A DNA stretch of 64,000 nucleotides from Candidatus Latescibacterota bacterium (GCA_965203805.1 OZ241917.1:4832001-4896000), one strand, 5' to 3'. Shown: positions 16,311 through 26,433, numbered from the stretch's first letter. The notes: a model not told the origin generated them from the letters alone. A program made the numbers and translations.

Positions 16311-19300
16311 ATGATGGATACCAGCACATTCCTGAATCCTCCTGCCCCCTATCGAATTCTGCCGACCTGGACATGGAACAGCACGGTCGAAGACGGAGAA
16401 ATCGTGCGTCAGATCCGGGAGATGGGTGAAAAGGGTCTGGGCGGTTTCTGCCTGTCCGCGGGGCCGGGGCTTCGCATTCCGTACCTTTCCAGAATCTGGT
16501 TCGACCGGGTTCGGGTGGCCGTGGAAACCGCCCGCGAGGTCGGACTTCAGGTCTGGCTGCACGACGAATATCCCCATCCCCACAGCATCAGCGGCGTTCA
16601 GGTATCGTTAGGCTACCCGCAGTATCGGGCCCAACATCTTACGTTTGACGAAATCACGGTCCAGGGTGGGCAGCAGGTCGACATGGAGCTTCCATGGGGC
16701 ACCGTATTACGCGCGCTGGCCGTTCCGCTGAAACGCGACCGGTGCCTCTGGGAGGACGTCGCGGATATCGGTGAAAATATCGGTGCGAATCAACGCCAGG
16801 AAATATACCGCGAGCACCCGGAAGACGCGGTTTACCACAACAAACGGTTTCTTGCCCGCGACCTCACGCACCGCCTGTTCTGGAAGGCTCCGCCGGGACG
16901 CTGGAGAGTGCTTGTTTTCATCCAGCGGGAAAACGAAGCGGCGCAACCCCATGGAATCCACTTCGATCCGTTCAACGCGGATGCCGTCGCCTGTTTTCTG
17001 GAGACCACGCACGGAAGGTACGCCAAGGGGCTGGCAGACGATTTCGGCCGCGTGATTCAGGGCATTTTTACCACCGAGACGTTTTCTACTCCCGGCAGAT
17101 GGCCGTGGTCTCCGACATTGCCCCGGGTATTCAAGGACCGGAACCGGTACGACCTGCTCAAATGCCTCCCGGCGCTGATGACCTATTTCGGCCCGAACAC
17201 GGCCCGGATCCGGTACGACTACTTCCAGACGCTGAGTGAGATGCTCAGGGACAACTTCCATAAACCCTTCGAGAGGTGGTGCGCGAAACGCAACGTGCTG
17301 CACGCGGCCGACGTCACCGTCTTCAGGAACGCCCACCGGCGCAACGTACATATTCCCGGTACGTGCGGAGGCGGCGAAAAGGTTGGCGGGTTCAGAGACG
17401 GGGACGCGCACGCCGCCTCGTATCGCCGGAACCCCAGGTTCTCCGTTTCGGAGAACGACGGGGGTCGCGCGTTTAACACGTGCTTCCAGGGTACCGGCTG
17501 GTCTCTGACGCTCCAGGATATGAAGTGGACGATCGACCGGATGGGCGCTCTCGGCGCGAATCTCTTTCACGCTCGGGGATTGTCTTACACCCTCGACGGA
17601 CTGCGCAAGCACGACAGTCCGCCCTCGATTTTCCATCAGAACCCGTACTGGAAACATTTCCGACTTCTGGCAGACTACGCCGGCCGCCTATCCTATGTCC
17701 TCAGCCAGGGACGCCGGAGGGCCAATCTGGCACTTCTGGATCCGGTGACGAGCCTCTGGGCGCACCTGGGCAGTCCTGGCCTCGGTTGGGAATATATCGG
17801 ATACGACGAGGATGAGGCCAAGCTGACCCGGCGGCTTGCCACAGATTGGGCGTACCTGATAGAGTCCCTATGCCGGATGCAGCGCGACTTCGACTCCCTG
17901 GATCCGGAAACCCTCGCGGTGGCGCGCGTCGCCGGAAACCGGCTGCAGATTGACGGCGCCGGCTACGACGTACTCATCCTTCCGCCCATTACAAACCTGG
18001 AGCGCGACGCGTTCGAACGCATCAGGCAATTCATCAATGCCGGCGGCAGAGTCATCTGTCTCGGCCTGCTTCCGATCGAAGACATCCAGGAGGGTCCATC
18101 GGTTGTCGAGGCTTTCTCCCGCCTGACCGATATGGAGCCCGGCAGAATGAGGCGGGACTATATCGGCCACGAACTTGGCGTACATCTCATTCAGCGGGGA
18201 AACCTCTACTTCATTCGTACGGGTGGTTCCGTGGAAAAGAACCGCGGTGCGCGTATGCTGGGCGATCTGCTCCACCGGATCCTTCCGCCGGACGTGAACG
18301 TCGAGACCGACAAGAAGCACGGTTCGGCGATATTGGCGCAGAGACGAGAGACGGCAAACGAAGATCTGTTTTTCTTTGCCAATACCGACCGGACCGCCTT
18401 CACGTCCCGGATCACCCTCGTGGTTCCGCCTCACAGGCGAAAGGTGGAACGGTGGGACCTGGAAACCGGCAGGCGTACCCCATTGCCCGTGAAGCGCGAA
18501 GGCGACCAGGTCAGGCTCAACGTCACCTTCGAACGTTTGCAGTCCCATCTGATCGTCGCGTCAGAAGACAAACCGCAGCCTCCCGCCGAATCGGAAACGG
18601 CGGCCGTTTTACGTCCCGACGGAAACGACCCGTGGAAAGTCGATCCCGAAGAGGACAACTGCCTTCGCCTGGACAGGTTCCAGATGCAACTCGATCCCCA
18701 GAACAAGGGGATCGAGCAGGGCTGGCACAAACCGGGCTACAGGGACAATCGCTGGACGTCCGTAACCCCCAAGCCGGTTGTCGACCAGATCGGAGACCTG
18801 TCGTCTCTTTCCGGACTGCCCTTCACGTTTAATAGCGGCGGACCGGGCAAGACCGCCGGTCCCGGTATCGAATTCCCCCTGGTCTGCTGGTTCAGAACGG
18901 CATTTTCCGCTGACGTCGTGCCGTCCAAACTGTCCCTGGTCATGGACCGCAGCGCCATTCTGGGCAATTACCAGATCTATCTGAACGGCGTCCGACTGCC
19001 TGGCAAGGCTTTTCGTCCCACTTTCAGGTACGACCACAACAACGTCACTTGTGCGGTGGTGCGCCGCGCTACGACGGGAAGGAACGTGCTGGCCATCCGC
19101 GTGGAACTGGACGAGCTCAACCAGGGCCTCGTCGACGCCTTTTATCTGTTCGGAAAATTCGGAGTGAGGCGCTGGCTCAACCACTATTTGCGAATGGTTG
19201 CCCCGGTCGACCGTGGTTTCCCGGGTGAGCTCGACGAGCAGAAGATGCCGTATTACGCGGGCACGGTCGTGTACACGAAGGATATGACGTTTGCCGAACT

Positions 19301-19553
19301 TCCCGAGACCGAACAGTTCGTTTTTTCGCTCGAGGAGGAACTCAAGGACGTTTCCGATATCGTAGAGGTGGTCATCAACGGCCGCTCCCTGGGGACAAGG
19401 GCCTGGGCGCCCTACAAGTGGACGGCCGGAACCGAATGGCTGAAACCGGGAAAGAACCGAATCGTGGTCCGGATGACCAACACCCTTTCCCGGCTGCTCA
19501 CCGGCTGTGAATTCGAGACCCGAACCCACTCTCTGGAACCCGTCAAACTATAG
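16311..19553 (+). CDS. GH106-like (alpha-L-rhamnosidase-like) glycoside hydrolase homolog, possibly catalytically impaired
   Basis: P-x-W-x-W-N start, WLHDE, RYDY, GW...DMKW..D..GALG, RKHDSPPSIFHQNPYW, C-terminal YYAG and WAPY domain. Confidence 0.82.
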   Translation: MMDTSTFLNPPAPYRILPTWTWNSTVEDGEIVRQIREMGEKGLGGFCLSAGPGLRIPYLSRIWFDRVRVAVETAREVGLQVWLHDEYPHPHSISGVQVSLGYPQYRAQHLTFDEITVQGGQQVDMELPWGTVLRALAVPLKRDRCLWEDVADIGENIGANQRQEIYREHPEDAVYHNKRFLARDLTHRLFWKAPPGRWRVLVFIQRENEAAQPHGIHFDPFNADAVACFLETTHGRYAKGLADDFGRVIQGIFTTETFSTPGRWPWSPTLPRVFKDRNRYDLLKCLPALMTYFGPNTARIRYDYFQTLSEMLRDNFHKPFERWCAKRNVLHAADVTVFRNAHRRNVHIPGTCGGGEKVGGFRDGDAHAASYRRNPRFSVSENDGGRAFNTCFQGTGWSLTLQDMKWTIDRMGALGANLFHARGLSYTLDGLRKHDSPPSIFHQNPYWKHFRLLADYAGRLSYVLSQGRRRANLALLDPVTSLWAHLGSPGLGWEYIGYDEDEAKLTRRLATDWAYLIESLCRMQRDFDSLDPETLAVARVAGNRLQIDGAGYDVLILPPITNLERDAFERIRQFINAGGRVICLGLLPIEDIQEGPSVVEAFSRLTDMEPGRMRRDYIGHELGVHLIQRGNLYFIRTGGSVEKNRGARMLGDLLHRILPPDVNVETDKKHGSAILAQRRETANEDLFFFANTDRTAFTSRITLVVPPHRRKVERWDLETGRRTPLPVKREGDQVRLNVTFERLQSHLIVASEDKPQPPAESETAAVLRPDGNDPWKVDPEEDNCLRLDRFQMQLDPQNKGIEQGWHKPGYRDNRWTSVTPKPVVDQIGDLSSLSGLPFTFNSGGPGKTAGPGIEFPLVCWFRTAFSADVVPSKLSLVMDRSAILGNYQIYLNGVRLPGKAFRPTFRYDHNNVTCAVVRRATTGRNVLAIRVELDELNQGLVDAFYLFGKFGVRRWLNHYLRMVAPVDRGFPGELDEQKMPYYAGTVVYTKDMTFAELPETEQFVFSLEEELKDVSDIVEVVINGRSLGTRAWAPYKWTAGTEWLKPGKNRIVVRMTNTLSRLLTGCEFETRTHSLEPVKL

Positions 19554-19652
19554 GTAACCGAGGCCGGCCGGCGCGGACGCACGCCCTCACCGGAGGAACC
19601 GGATGCGCCGTTGACCCCCGCTGCCGGCGTCATAAATACCGTATCGGGCAAG

Positions 19653-19685
19653 AAAAAAAGCGGCCTCACGTTGAGGTCGCTTTTT
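19653..19685. terminator. Bidirectional intrinsic terminator
   Basis: AAAAAAAGCGGCCTC-ACGTT-GAGGTCGCTTTTT. Confidence 0.75.
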
Positions 19686-19873
19686 CGTATAATACGAACG
19701 GTGAGATTCACCGAACGCCAATGCGCCGCGGTCGGGAGGAAATGCAGGCGGGAGGGTTGTCCTGTCAGAGAGTCGTCCGCTCCGTTCGTGCGTGAAGCGA
19801 GAACCGGCCGCATTCAAGCGGCGCCGTTCGTTGTCACTGATCTCGGCAGATGTCATTTCAAATGGAGATAAAT

Positions 19874-20137
19874 ATGAAAAAGGGATGGATCGCAGCTGGC
19901 GTGGCGGCGGCACTGCAGGGATTTCTTCTGGTGGCGGCGGGTGTCATCTTCGCCGCCCTGTTCCTCATCAAGATCCTCTGGGCGTGGACGATTCCCGATC
20001 TGTTTCCCGGTGCAGTGGAACAGGGACTCATCGCGGGGGAAATCTCCTGGTTTGCATCCCTCAAGCTCGCGCTGTTTCTCGGAATCCTGTCGGCGATAAT
20101 CGGGGGAGGAAACGTGTCTACGTCGGTTTCGAGGTGA
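19874..20137 (+). CDS. Small membrane protein
   Basis: GGAG RBS; 87 aa with hydrophobic helices around WTIPDLFPGAVEQGLIAGEISW. Confidence 0.7.
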   Translation: MKKGWIAAGVAAALQGFLLVAAGVIFAALFLIKILWAWTIPDLFPGAVEQGLIAGEISWFASLKLALFLGILSAIIGGGNVSTSVSR

Positions 20138-20199
20138 GAGTCACGCAAAGCAGCGATCAGCTAAAGGCGTTAGCTTTAACTAAGAGACAATAGTCAACT

Positions 20200-20476
20200 T
20201 CAAATTCAAGATCCACATCTCCCCAAATTCCCTGCCTACGGCGTGTTCCTTTTGAAGCGACCAAAAGGAACCAAAAGTCGCCGCTGGGCGCGGGGCCTGC
20301 CATATGCACAGCGCGAACACCCTCACAGGATGCACAGGATCCTCTGCCCTGACACCCTCAGTGGAACATCGAACAATGTCGATCGACGGATCAGCGCGCT
20401 CTGCTCTGGTAGCCCTCCGGTCAGGATGTCATTTCGTAGACCGATCGGCGACTGAATGATGAGGACAGCCGTCAGC
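20200..20476 (-). repeat. 277-bp non-coding structured repeat B, copy 2
   Basis: Reverse complement of 7472-7748; motif at 20245-20281. Confidence 0.9.
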
Positions 20477-20632
20477 TTGAACCAGGAGATCAATCAGTGG
20501 ACGTGTGCGCCGTAAATCGGCAGAACCCTGAATGGCGCACGCCTCTCCCGTGGGGAGAGGGGGAGCACAGCGAAATGCCTTCAAGTGATTACAGTATTTG
20601 ATATGATTGATGATACGTGATCGGATACCCAG

Positions 20633-21385
20633 ATGAAATTCGACGACGGGTCGTACTACAAGGCATACGATCACAACTATCGCGTCGCCTATGAAGAAGG
20701 ATTGACGTACCTTGGCGAAGGGGGATCGCAGAAGGCCGCCCTTGAGCGTCTGGAGGGAATGGTCCGAAGAATCCCGCATTCGCCGACGGAAACAGAGATT
20801 CTTGACCTGGGATGCGGAGATGGCACGGTAGGAATTTTTCTGGCCGGACTGGGATACCGGTACCTGGGTATCGACATCTCGGAGGCTGCAATCGAACGCG
20901 CGAGTCAGCGGTCTGCCGAAGCCGGCGCGGATGCGGGATTCCGGGTAGCGAATGTGCTGGATACGGATACGTTGCCGGCCGACGGATTCGACATCATTCT
21001 CGACTTCTATTGCTTCCACATGCTGGTTGTCGACGCCCACCGGAAAAACTACCTGAGAAACGTCAGACGGGCCATGCGGGACGGAGGATATTTCATCCTC
21101 TTCGGCTCGCACGACCCGGAGGCGTACGAGGGCCCGGTGGATTCGTTCGCCGAATTCTGCAAACAAACGGGCGCCAACACGTCCGGCGTCCCTCTTCAGA
21201 AACGTAGGGGAAACCGTTGGCAGGACGTGAAAAGCAGGAGCGTATTCCTGATGGGGCGCTCGCGCAGCCTGAAGGGCTATCGGGAGGAACTGACCGCGGC
21301 GGGTTTCAGGATCCTGTATCATACGACGTATCGCTATCCCCCTGCCGCGGGCTTCCTGATGCAAAGGGAACGGCAAGCGTCTTGA
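20633..21385 (+). CDS. Class I SAM-dependent methyltransferase
   Basis: ILDLGCGDG, GIDIS, FDIILD. Confidence 0.9.
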   Translation: MKFDDGSYYKAYDHNYRVAYEEGLTYLGEGGSQKAALERLEGMVRRIPHSPTETEILDLGCGDGTVGIFLAGLGYRYLGIDISEAAIERASQRSAEAGADAGFRVANVLDTDTLPADGFDIILDFYCFHMLVVDAHRKNYLRNVRRAMRDGGYFILFGSHDPEAYEGPVDSFAEFCKQTGANTSGVPLQKRRGNRWQDVKSRSVFLMGRSRSLKGYREELTAAGFRILYHTTYRYPPAAGFLMQRERQAS

Positions 21386-21496
21386 ATGGCAGATGGATTC
21401 AAGCGGAGTGATTCCATGAAAAATCTCGGCGTCGGCTGCTCACGGTGTTACTTGAGGTAACGCATTCACCTCTTCCTTCAGGCACTGAGGAATGGC

Positions 21497-21925
21497 ATGC
21501 CTGAGCGCGACTACAGTCTTACGTGGTACCACGGCTCTCAGCAAGCGTTGACAGAACTTCGCGTTGGAAGTTCGATCACGCGGGTCCGCGACCTGGCAAA
21601 GGCGTTTTCTCACCGGCCGACGCTTGTCTGTATGTCTGATCCGGGCGAGTCGATTTCTCTCAAGATTACGGTTACGCACAACGGCGTCACGCCGGGTTTT
21701 CTCTATGCTGTTTCCGAGCAGATCGACCCGCGGGATATCTATCCGCATCCTCACCCGGTGAATGCCGATCGTTGGGAGTGGCTGACCCGGCGGGAACTGA
21801 AGCTGCAGTTCATCGAAAAGACCATCGTGACGGACCGGGAACGCCTGACCGACGAAGAAATCTCAGACCTCAGGCGGAAGCAGAAGGAACGTGGCGAGGA
21901 GACGTTTTTGGAGCGGTCAGATTGA
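21497..21925 (+). CDS. Hypothetical protein, possible ADP-ribosyltransferase fold
   Basis: WYHGS N-terminal strand, SSIT, GFLYAV, late WEWL; GAGG RBS. Confidence 0.55.
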   Translation: MPERDYSLTWYHGSQQALTELRVGSSITRVRDLAKAFSHRPTLVCMSDPGESISLKITVTHNGVTPGFLYAVSEQIDPRDIYPHPHPVNADRWEWLTRRELKLQFIEKTIVTDRERLTDEEISDLRRKQKERGEETFLERSD

Positions 21926-22017
21926 AATGTTGCGAAAAACGGATTCGATGCAATTCCCTGATAGCCGCGGAGTTCGTGAAGTTGGAAACTTCAGGTCAAT
22001 TTGGGGTGTCATCTCCT

Positions 22018-22336
22018 ATGCCGTGTGTTTACATTGAAACTACTATAGTCAGTTATCTGACGGCGCGCCAGTCTCAGAGTCTGCTGGTAGCAGCCTGGCA
22101 AGACGTGACGGTCACGTGGTGGAGTTACCAGCGACAGGATTTCGATCTTTGCACGTCGGCCCTCGTCATTGAGGAAGCCAGCCGCGGCGATCAGGAAGCG
22201 GCAGCACGCAGAATAGCACATCGACAATGCGCTGATCAAACCGCAGTTTCGGGCAATATGCCTAAAACATGGGTATCCCAGCCCCGAAATCTGTACCCCC
22301 CAGGAGATGGTCGGAGGTCTGCCCGATGAAAGATGA
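22018..22336 (+). pseudogene. PIN-domain (VapC-like) toxin pseudogene with internal deletion and frameshift
   Basis: VYIETTIVSYL...EASRGD..AARR in one frame; HIDNALIK...EICTPQEM in another frame from 22217; the central DAxH...TWN segment is missing. Confidence 0.75.
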
Positions 22337-22508
22337 AGTCATCGTCGCCCTGTGGAAGATCAAAGAGGAAATCGCACGGGAGCACGAATATGACGTGGAC
22401 CGTCTGGGCGCAATGGTCCGCGAAAAAGAGCGTGAGTACGCGTACAGAGTCGTAGACCGGGCACGTTCGAAGAAATCGGATACGTGCCAGGATTCCGGAG
22501 ATTCGTAA
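22326..22508 (+). CDS. Small putative antitoxin partner of the PIN gene
   Basis: MKDEVIVALWKIKEEIAREHEYDVDRL, overlapping the PIN end, typical of small genes downstream of this PIN family. Confidence 0.6.
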   Translation: MKDEVIVALWKIKEEIAREHEYDVDRLGAMVREKEREYAYRVVDRARSKKSDTCQDSGDS

Positions 22509-22656
22509 TACAAACGTCACTCATCACGCGATCGCCGTAACAGCTTGAACCGCGTTTGACCTCATACTTTCGACATCCACAATTTGGCGATCTGGATCAT
22601 GCGTGGCGTAGGCATGGCCTTTCGCGATCCGGCCGCGCGGGCCGGTGGAGGTTGCG

Positions 22657-23739
22657 ATGAGACGGTCTCTGGCATTGGTTCTTCTCTGGGCGTTCTCGGC
22701 GCTGGCGGCGGCTGGAGCGTCCGCCTGCGACAGCGATACGGGGACCGCCGGGTCCTACGCATCCCGCGCCGGCGCCGTTCTGGGGACGTACCGCCCGGCG
22801 CCGCCGGACCGCTCGCCGGAGACCATGGCGCGCGCGGCGGCCCGCTTCCTGGGTTCGCTGAACGAGGCGCAGAGCCAGGCCGCGCGCCACGGCCTGGCGA
22901 GCCCCGAGAGACGCAGGTGGACCAACGCCCCAGTTCGCGGGCCGGCCGGCGGCGTCGCGCTGGGCGACCTGGACAACGACCAGCTTCGCGCCTTCTCGGA
23001 CCTTCTGGCGGCGCTGCTCAGCGCGAAGGGCTACGCCAAGGTACGGGACGTCATGCTGGGGGACGACCTGCGCGCCGTTATCGACGGCGAGCCGAATGAG
23101 GGGGTGGGGATCGAGGCCTTCCGCTTCGTCCTGTTCGGGGAACCCTCGGCGGCGTCGCGATGGGCGGTGCAGCTCGACGGGCATCATGTCGCGCTCAACG
23201 TCACGCTCGATGGCGACGCCTATTCCCTGTCGCCGAGCTTCATCGGCACCTACCCGCAGGCGTTCACCGTGGCGGGCGTGAAGTTGCGGCCGCTGGGCGC
23301 GGAGACGGATCTCGCGCACAGTCTGGCCGGCAGCCTGACGCCGGAGCAGCGCGCGCTGGCGGTGATTGCCGACCGGCGCGGCGCGCTCCGAGTCGGGCCC
23401 GGCCGGGACGGCGTCGTCCCGGAGCCCGTCGGCATACCCGGTAGACTGCTGGACGGGACTCAGAGGGAGAAACTCGTCGCCCTCGCCTCGCAGTGGTTCG
23501 ACCTCATGCCGCCGGACCCTGCGCGGGCGCACAAGGCGCGGTTTCTCGACGGGCTGGGCGAGACCCGGTTTGCCTGGAGCGGCCCGCTCGCGGCCGGGAG
23601 CGACGTCTCTTGGGCCATACAGGGGCCGTCGATAGTCATCGAGTATGCGAACGACGCGCGGGGCGGCGCCGACGCCGGCAATCCCGCGGATCACGTGCAC
23701 TCCGTCTATCGGGACCTCGACCGAAACCTGGGGCTGTAG
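22657..23739 (+). CDS. DUF3500 domain exported protein
   Basis: RRWTNAP, LS.KGY, FGEP, WAVQLDGHH, YANDA...HVHSVYRD; N-terminal signal MRRSLALV...ASAC. Confidence 0.85.
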   Translation: MRRSLALVLLWAFSALAAAGASACDSDTGTAGSYASRAGAVLGTYRPAPPDRSPETMARAAARFLGSLNEAQSQAARHGLASPERRRWTNAPVRGPAGGVALGDLDNDQLRAFSDLLAALLSAKGYAKVRDVMLGDDLRAVIDGEPNEGVGIEAFRFVLFGEPSAASRWAVQLDGHHVALNVTLDGDAYSLSPSFIGTYPQAFTVAGVKLRPLGAETDLAHSLAGSLTPEQRALAVIADRRGALRVGPGRDGVVPEPVGIPGRLLDGTQREKLVALASQWFDLMPPDPARAHKARFLDGLGETRFAWSGPLAAGSDVSWAIQGPSIVIEYANDARGGADAGNPADHVHSVYRDLDRNLGL

Positions 23740-23798
23740 GCCGGGCGGCGGCAGTCCTTCCCGCCTTGACGGGAAACCGATCGGAAAACGGTACGACG

Positions 23799-24053
23799 AT
23801 GACGAAATCGCCCGCCAGAGCCTTGCACAAGCACATCCGCATCGTTCCCGAGCAGTGGCGCCGCATCGAGAGCGCCGCCGCGGGCACCGTCTGCTTGTCC
23901 AACCAGCTTCTTGTTGAGCTCGCGATGGAGGCGCTCGACCGCCGCGAATCGCTCGGCCCGGACGCGGGCCGTGTCGGCGGGGGGTCGCAGGCGAGACCGT
24001 CGAACACGCGCACGACGGCGTGGGTGAGCGGAACGAATTCCTTCAAGCGTTAG
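23799..24053 (+). pseudogene. Probable remnant of a small ribbon-helix-helix-like gene
   Basis: HKHIRIVPEQWRRIESAA...NQLLVELAMEALDRRE has a beta-alpha-alpha pattern, then degenerates. Confidence 0.35.
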
Positions 24054-24136
24054 TCGGACGTGCAAGATTCATCGAGCCTGCTCTACGCTCAGTGACGTAT
24101 ATTTCAGCCCCAACCATACCTGGAGGTACGTGATTC

Positions 24137-24544
24137 ATGACCCCATGGAAGATCAACCTGGACGATGTGCCTGAAGAACATCAGGAATGGACGTGGAAGA
24201 CCGGAAAGTACGAACGCTATCGCCGGCATGTCTCCGTCGCCCTTGGAAACACCCCGGAAACGCCGCATCCGTTCGACGTGGAACTGACGCGTCTGCCCCC
24301 GGGCGCGCGTCCGTGTCCCGTGCACTCGCACGACCGGATGTGGGAGTTCTTCATCGTCGTATCGGGCCGCGCCGTGGTGGACCGCGACGGGGAATCCACC
24401 GAAGCCGTCGCCGGAGACTGCTTCATGCAGCCGGCCTGCACGCGGCACCGGATCCGGAACGCCAGCGACACGGAAGACCTGGTCTTCTACGTGATCGCGA
24501 ACGACCCCGGCGTTCCCATTGTGAGCCGCAAATACGAGGTCTGA
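24137..24544 (+). CDS. Cupin domain protein
   Basis: PVHSH...WEFFIVVSG, GDC..P...H..RN; GGAGG RBS. Confidence 0.9.
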   Translation: MTPWKINLDDVPEEHQEWTWKTGKYERYRRHVSVALGNTPETPHPFDVELTRLPPGARPCPVHSHDRMWEFFIVVSGRAVVDRDGESTEAVAGDCFMQPACTRHRIRNASDTEDLVFYVIANDPGVPIVSRKYEV

Positions 24545-24711
24545 TCGGAGGGGCGAACCGCACGGTCCGCCCGCCGCTGTCATCCGCCACGAACGCCGCG
24601 CCCGGAGCTACGCCCGGTCCGTCGACGGGTCTCCGCGTACTTCCTCGTCGCTGAATCCCCTCCTCCGCTCGTGTCGGGTATTCGTTTGCATTCATCGCCA
24701 GGGGATCAGAA

Positions 24712-25599
24712 TTGGGGTTCTCCATCTCCGCCGGTGAGATCTTCGGACTGACGTGCTCGTTCGTCTGGGCGCTGAACAGCCTGATGGTGCGCACGCAGTC
24801 ACAGGCCATCCCGCCGGCGATGATGAACGGCATCCGGTGCGCCGTCGCCACCGTCTTCTTCTGGGCGCTGCTCCCGTTCGGCCCCCCGCTGTCCAGCTAC
24901 GCCCACGTTACCGGCACGGAATGGGCGCTCCTGGTGGGCGGGCTGCTGATCGGCATGGCCATGGGCGAAACGATGTACCTTGCGGCGATCAGGGAGATCG
25001 GCGTTTCTCGCGCAATGGCGCTGTCCGGGACTTTCCCGCTGTCCACGTTCTTCTTCGAGTGGGCCCTGCTGCAGAATCCGTTCAGCCGGCGATTCTTTCT
25101 CGGGATCTGCCTCGTGGCGCTGGGTGTGCTCTTTCTGTCGAGCCGGGCCCGGCAGCCGGCCGGCGAGCGGCCCGACCGGCTGGCGCTGGGCGTATTCCTC
25201 GCGCTGTTCGCCTGTCTGTTATGGGGCCTGAGCACGGTCATGCTCAAACCGGCGATCGCCCACATGACGTCGGTGCAGGCCAACAGCGTCCGCGTGCCGC
25301 TTACCGCCGCGGTGCTCTTTCTGGTCCGGGCGTGGGCGGGCCCGGTGATGCGCATCCGGGAAATCGACCGGCGGGCGCTGTTGATCGTGGCCGCCAGCGG
25401 CATCGTCGGCGTGGGCGCCGGATCCCTGTTCTACGTGATGGCGATCGACCGCATCGGTCCCGCGAAGATGGCCACCCTGGCGTCCGTCTCTCCCGTCATC
25501 GGGATGCTGATGGCGGTTATCTTTCTCAAGGAAAAGCTGACGCTGCGGCTGGTGGGTGGCGTGGTGCTGTGTGTGGCGGGGGTGTGGATGGTCCTGTGA
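24712..25599 (+). CDS. DMT/EamA family transporter
   Basis: About 10 TM helices in two repeats, IGVSRA and IGPAK, FLKEKL. Confidence 0.9.
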   Translation: MGFSISAGEIFGLTCSFVWALNSLMVRTQSQAIPPAMMNGIRCAVATVFFWALLPFGPPLSSYAHVTGTEWALLVGGLLIGMAMGETMYLAAIREIGVSRAMALSGTFPLSTFFFEWALLQNPFSRRFFLGICLVALGVLFLSSRARQPAGERPDRLALGVFLALFACLLWGLSTVMLKPAIAHMTSVQANSVRVPLTAAVLFLVRAWAGPVMRIREIDRRALLIVAASGIVGVGAGSLFYVMAIDRIGPAKMATLASVSPVIGMLMAVIFLKEKLTLRLVGGVVLCVAGVWMVL

Positions 25600-25616
25600 C
25601 GTACGGGTCCGATGTG

Positions 25617-25640
25617 TATACACACACTTGTGTGTGTATA
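25617..25640. promoter_or_regulatory. Perfect 11-bp inverted repeat (operator-like)
   Basis: TATACACACAC-TT-GTGTGTGTATA in the EamA/Nif3 intergenic region. Confidence 0.5.
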
Positions 25641-25713
25641 TTTCGCCGTCCTCCACACATCGTTGATAACGGCACGTTTGTCGAAATTGGCTGGAGACGT
25701 GAGGGACAGGTCT

Positions 25714-26433
25714 ATGATTCGCGCTATTCTGGACGGTCTGTTTACCCGGGAATTGCTGGACGCACACCCGGATGAATGGGGTACCGCCGATTTTTGCGAC
25801 CATCCGGCGGCGGCGGGGTACTCGACCACGATAACGCCGGAAGTGATACGTACGGCAACCGATCGAGGCGTAGACCTGATTGTCACCCACCATGATGCCT
25901 GGGATTTCATGTTCGAGCAGCGGGAGCAGGTCCAATCTCTATTGAAAGAAAGCGGAATCACGCACGTGTGGGCGCACCTCCCGCTCGACCTCGCGGACTT
26001 CGGGACCTCGGCGACGCTGCTGTCGGAAATGGGCTGCGCGCCGGTGGCGGTTATGCAGCACGCGGAGGTAAGGGTGGGCGAACTTGCCGAACCCGAACCT
26101 CTGAACGCGGTGCGCGTGAGACTCAGCGGATTGTTATCGGAGGAACCCTGCCGGGTACAGGATGCGGATCGGGCGGTGAGGAGAGTAGCTGTGGCAACCG
26201 GCGCGGGAATCTATACCACGCTTGTACGGGATGCGTTGCAATACGATATCGACCTGTACGTCACGGGGGAGACGAACCTCTATCTGCTCGAGTACGCGAA
26301 ATACAAAAACGTCAACGTGCTCGTGTACTCGCATAACTACACGGAGTTACCCGGCGTACGGGCCTTCGCCGAAAGAATCGCCGGCGCTCTCGGGCTCGAG
26401 CTGAAGGGGCATCTGGGGGATTCTCATTTTTAG
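25714..26433 (+). CDS. Nif3-like dinuclear metal-centre protein
   Basis: LIVTHH, AHLPLD, VATGAG, YVTGE, HNYTE. Confidence 0.88.
   Translation: MIRAILDGLFTRELLDAHPDEWGTADFCDHPAAAGYSTTITPEVIRTATDRGVDLIVTHHDAWDFMFEQREQVQSLLKESGITHVWAHLPLDLADFGTSATLLSEMGCAPVAVMQHAEVRVGELAEPEPLNAVRVRLSGLLSEEPCRVQDADRAVRRVAVATGAGIYTTLVRDALQYDIDLYVTGETNLYLLEYAKYKNVNVLVYSHNYTELPGVRAFAERIAGALGLELKGHLGDSHF

Noticed and set aside
20243-20455. 70-aa ORF MFLLKRPKGTKS...
   Set aside because: Lies wholly within repeat B. Its sequence is explained by the hairpin motif and it has no RBS.
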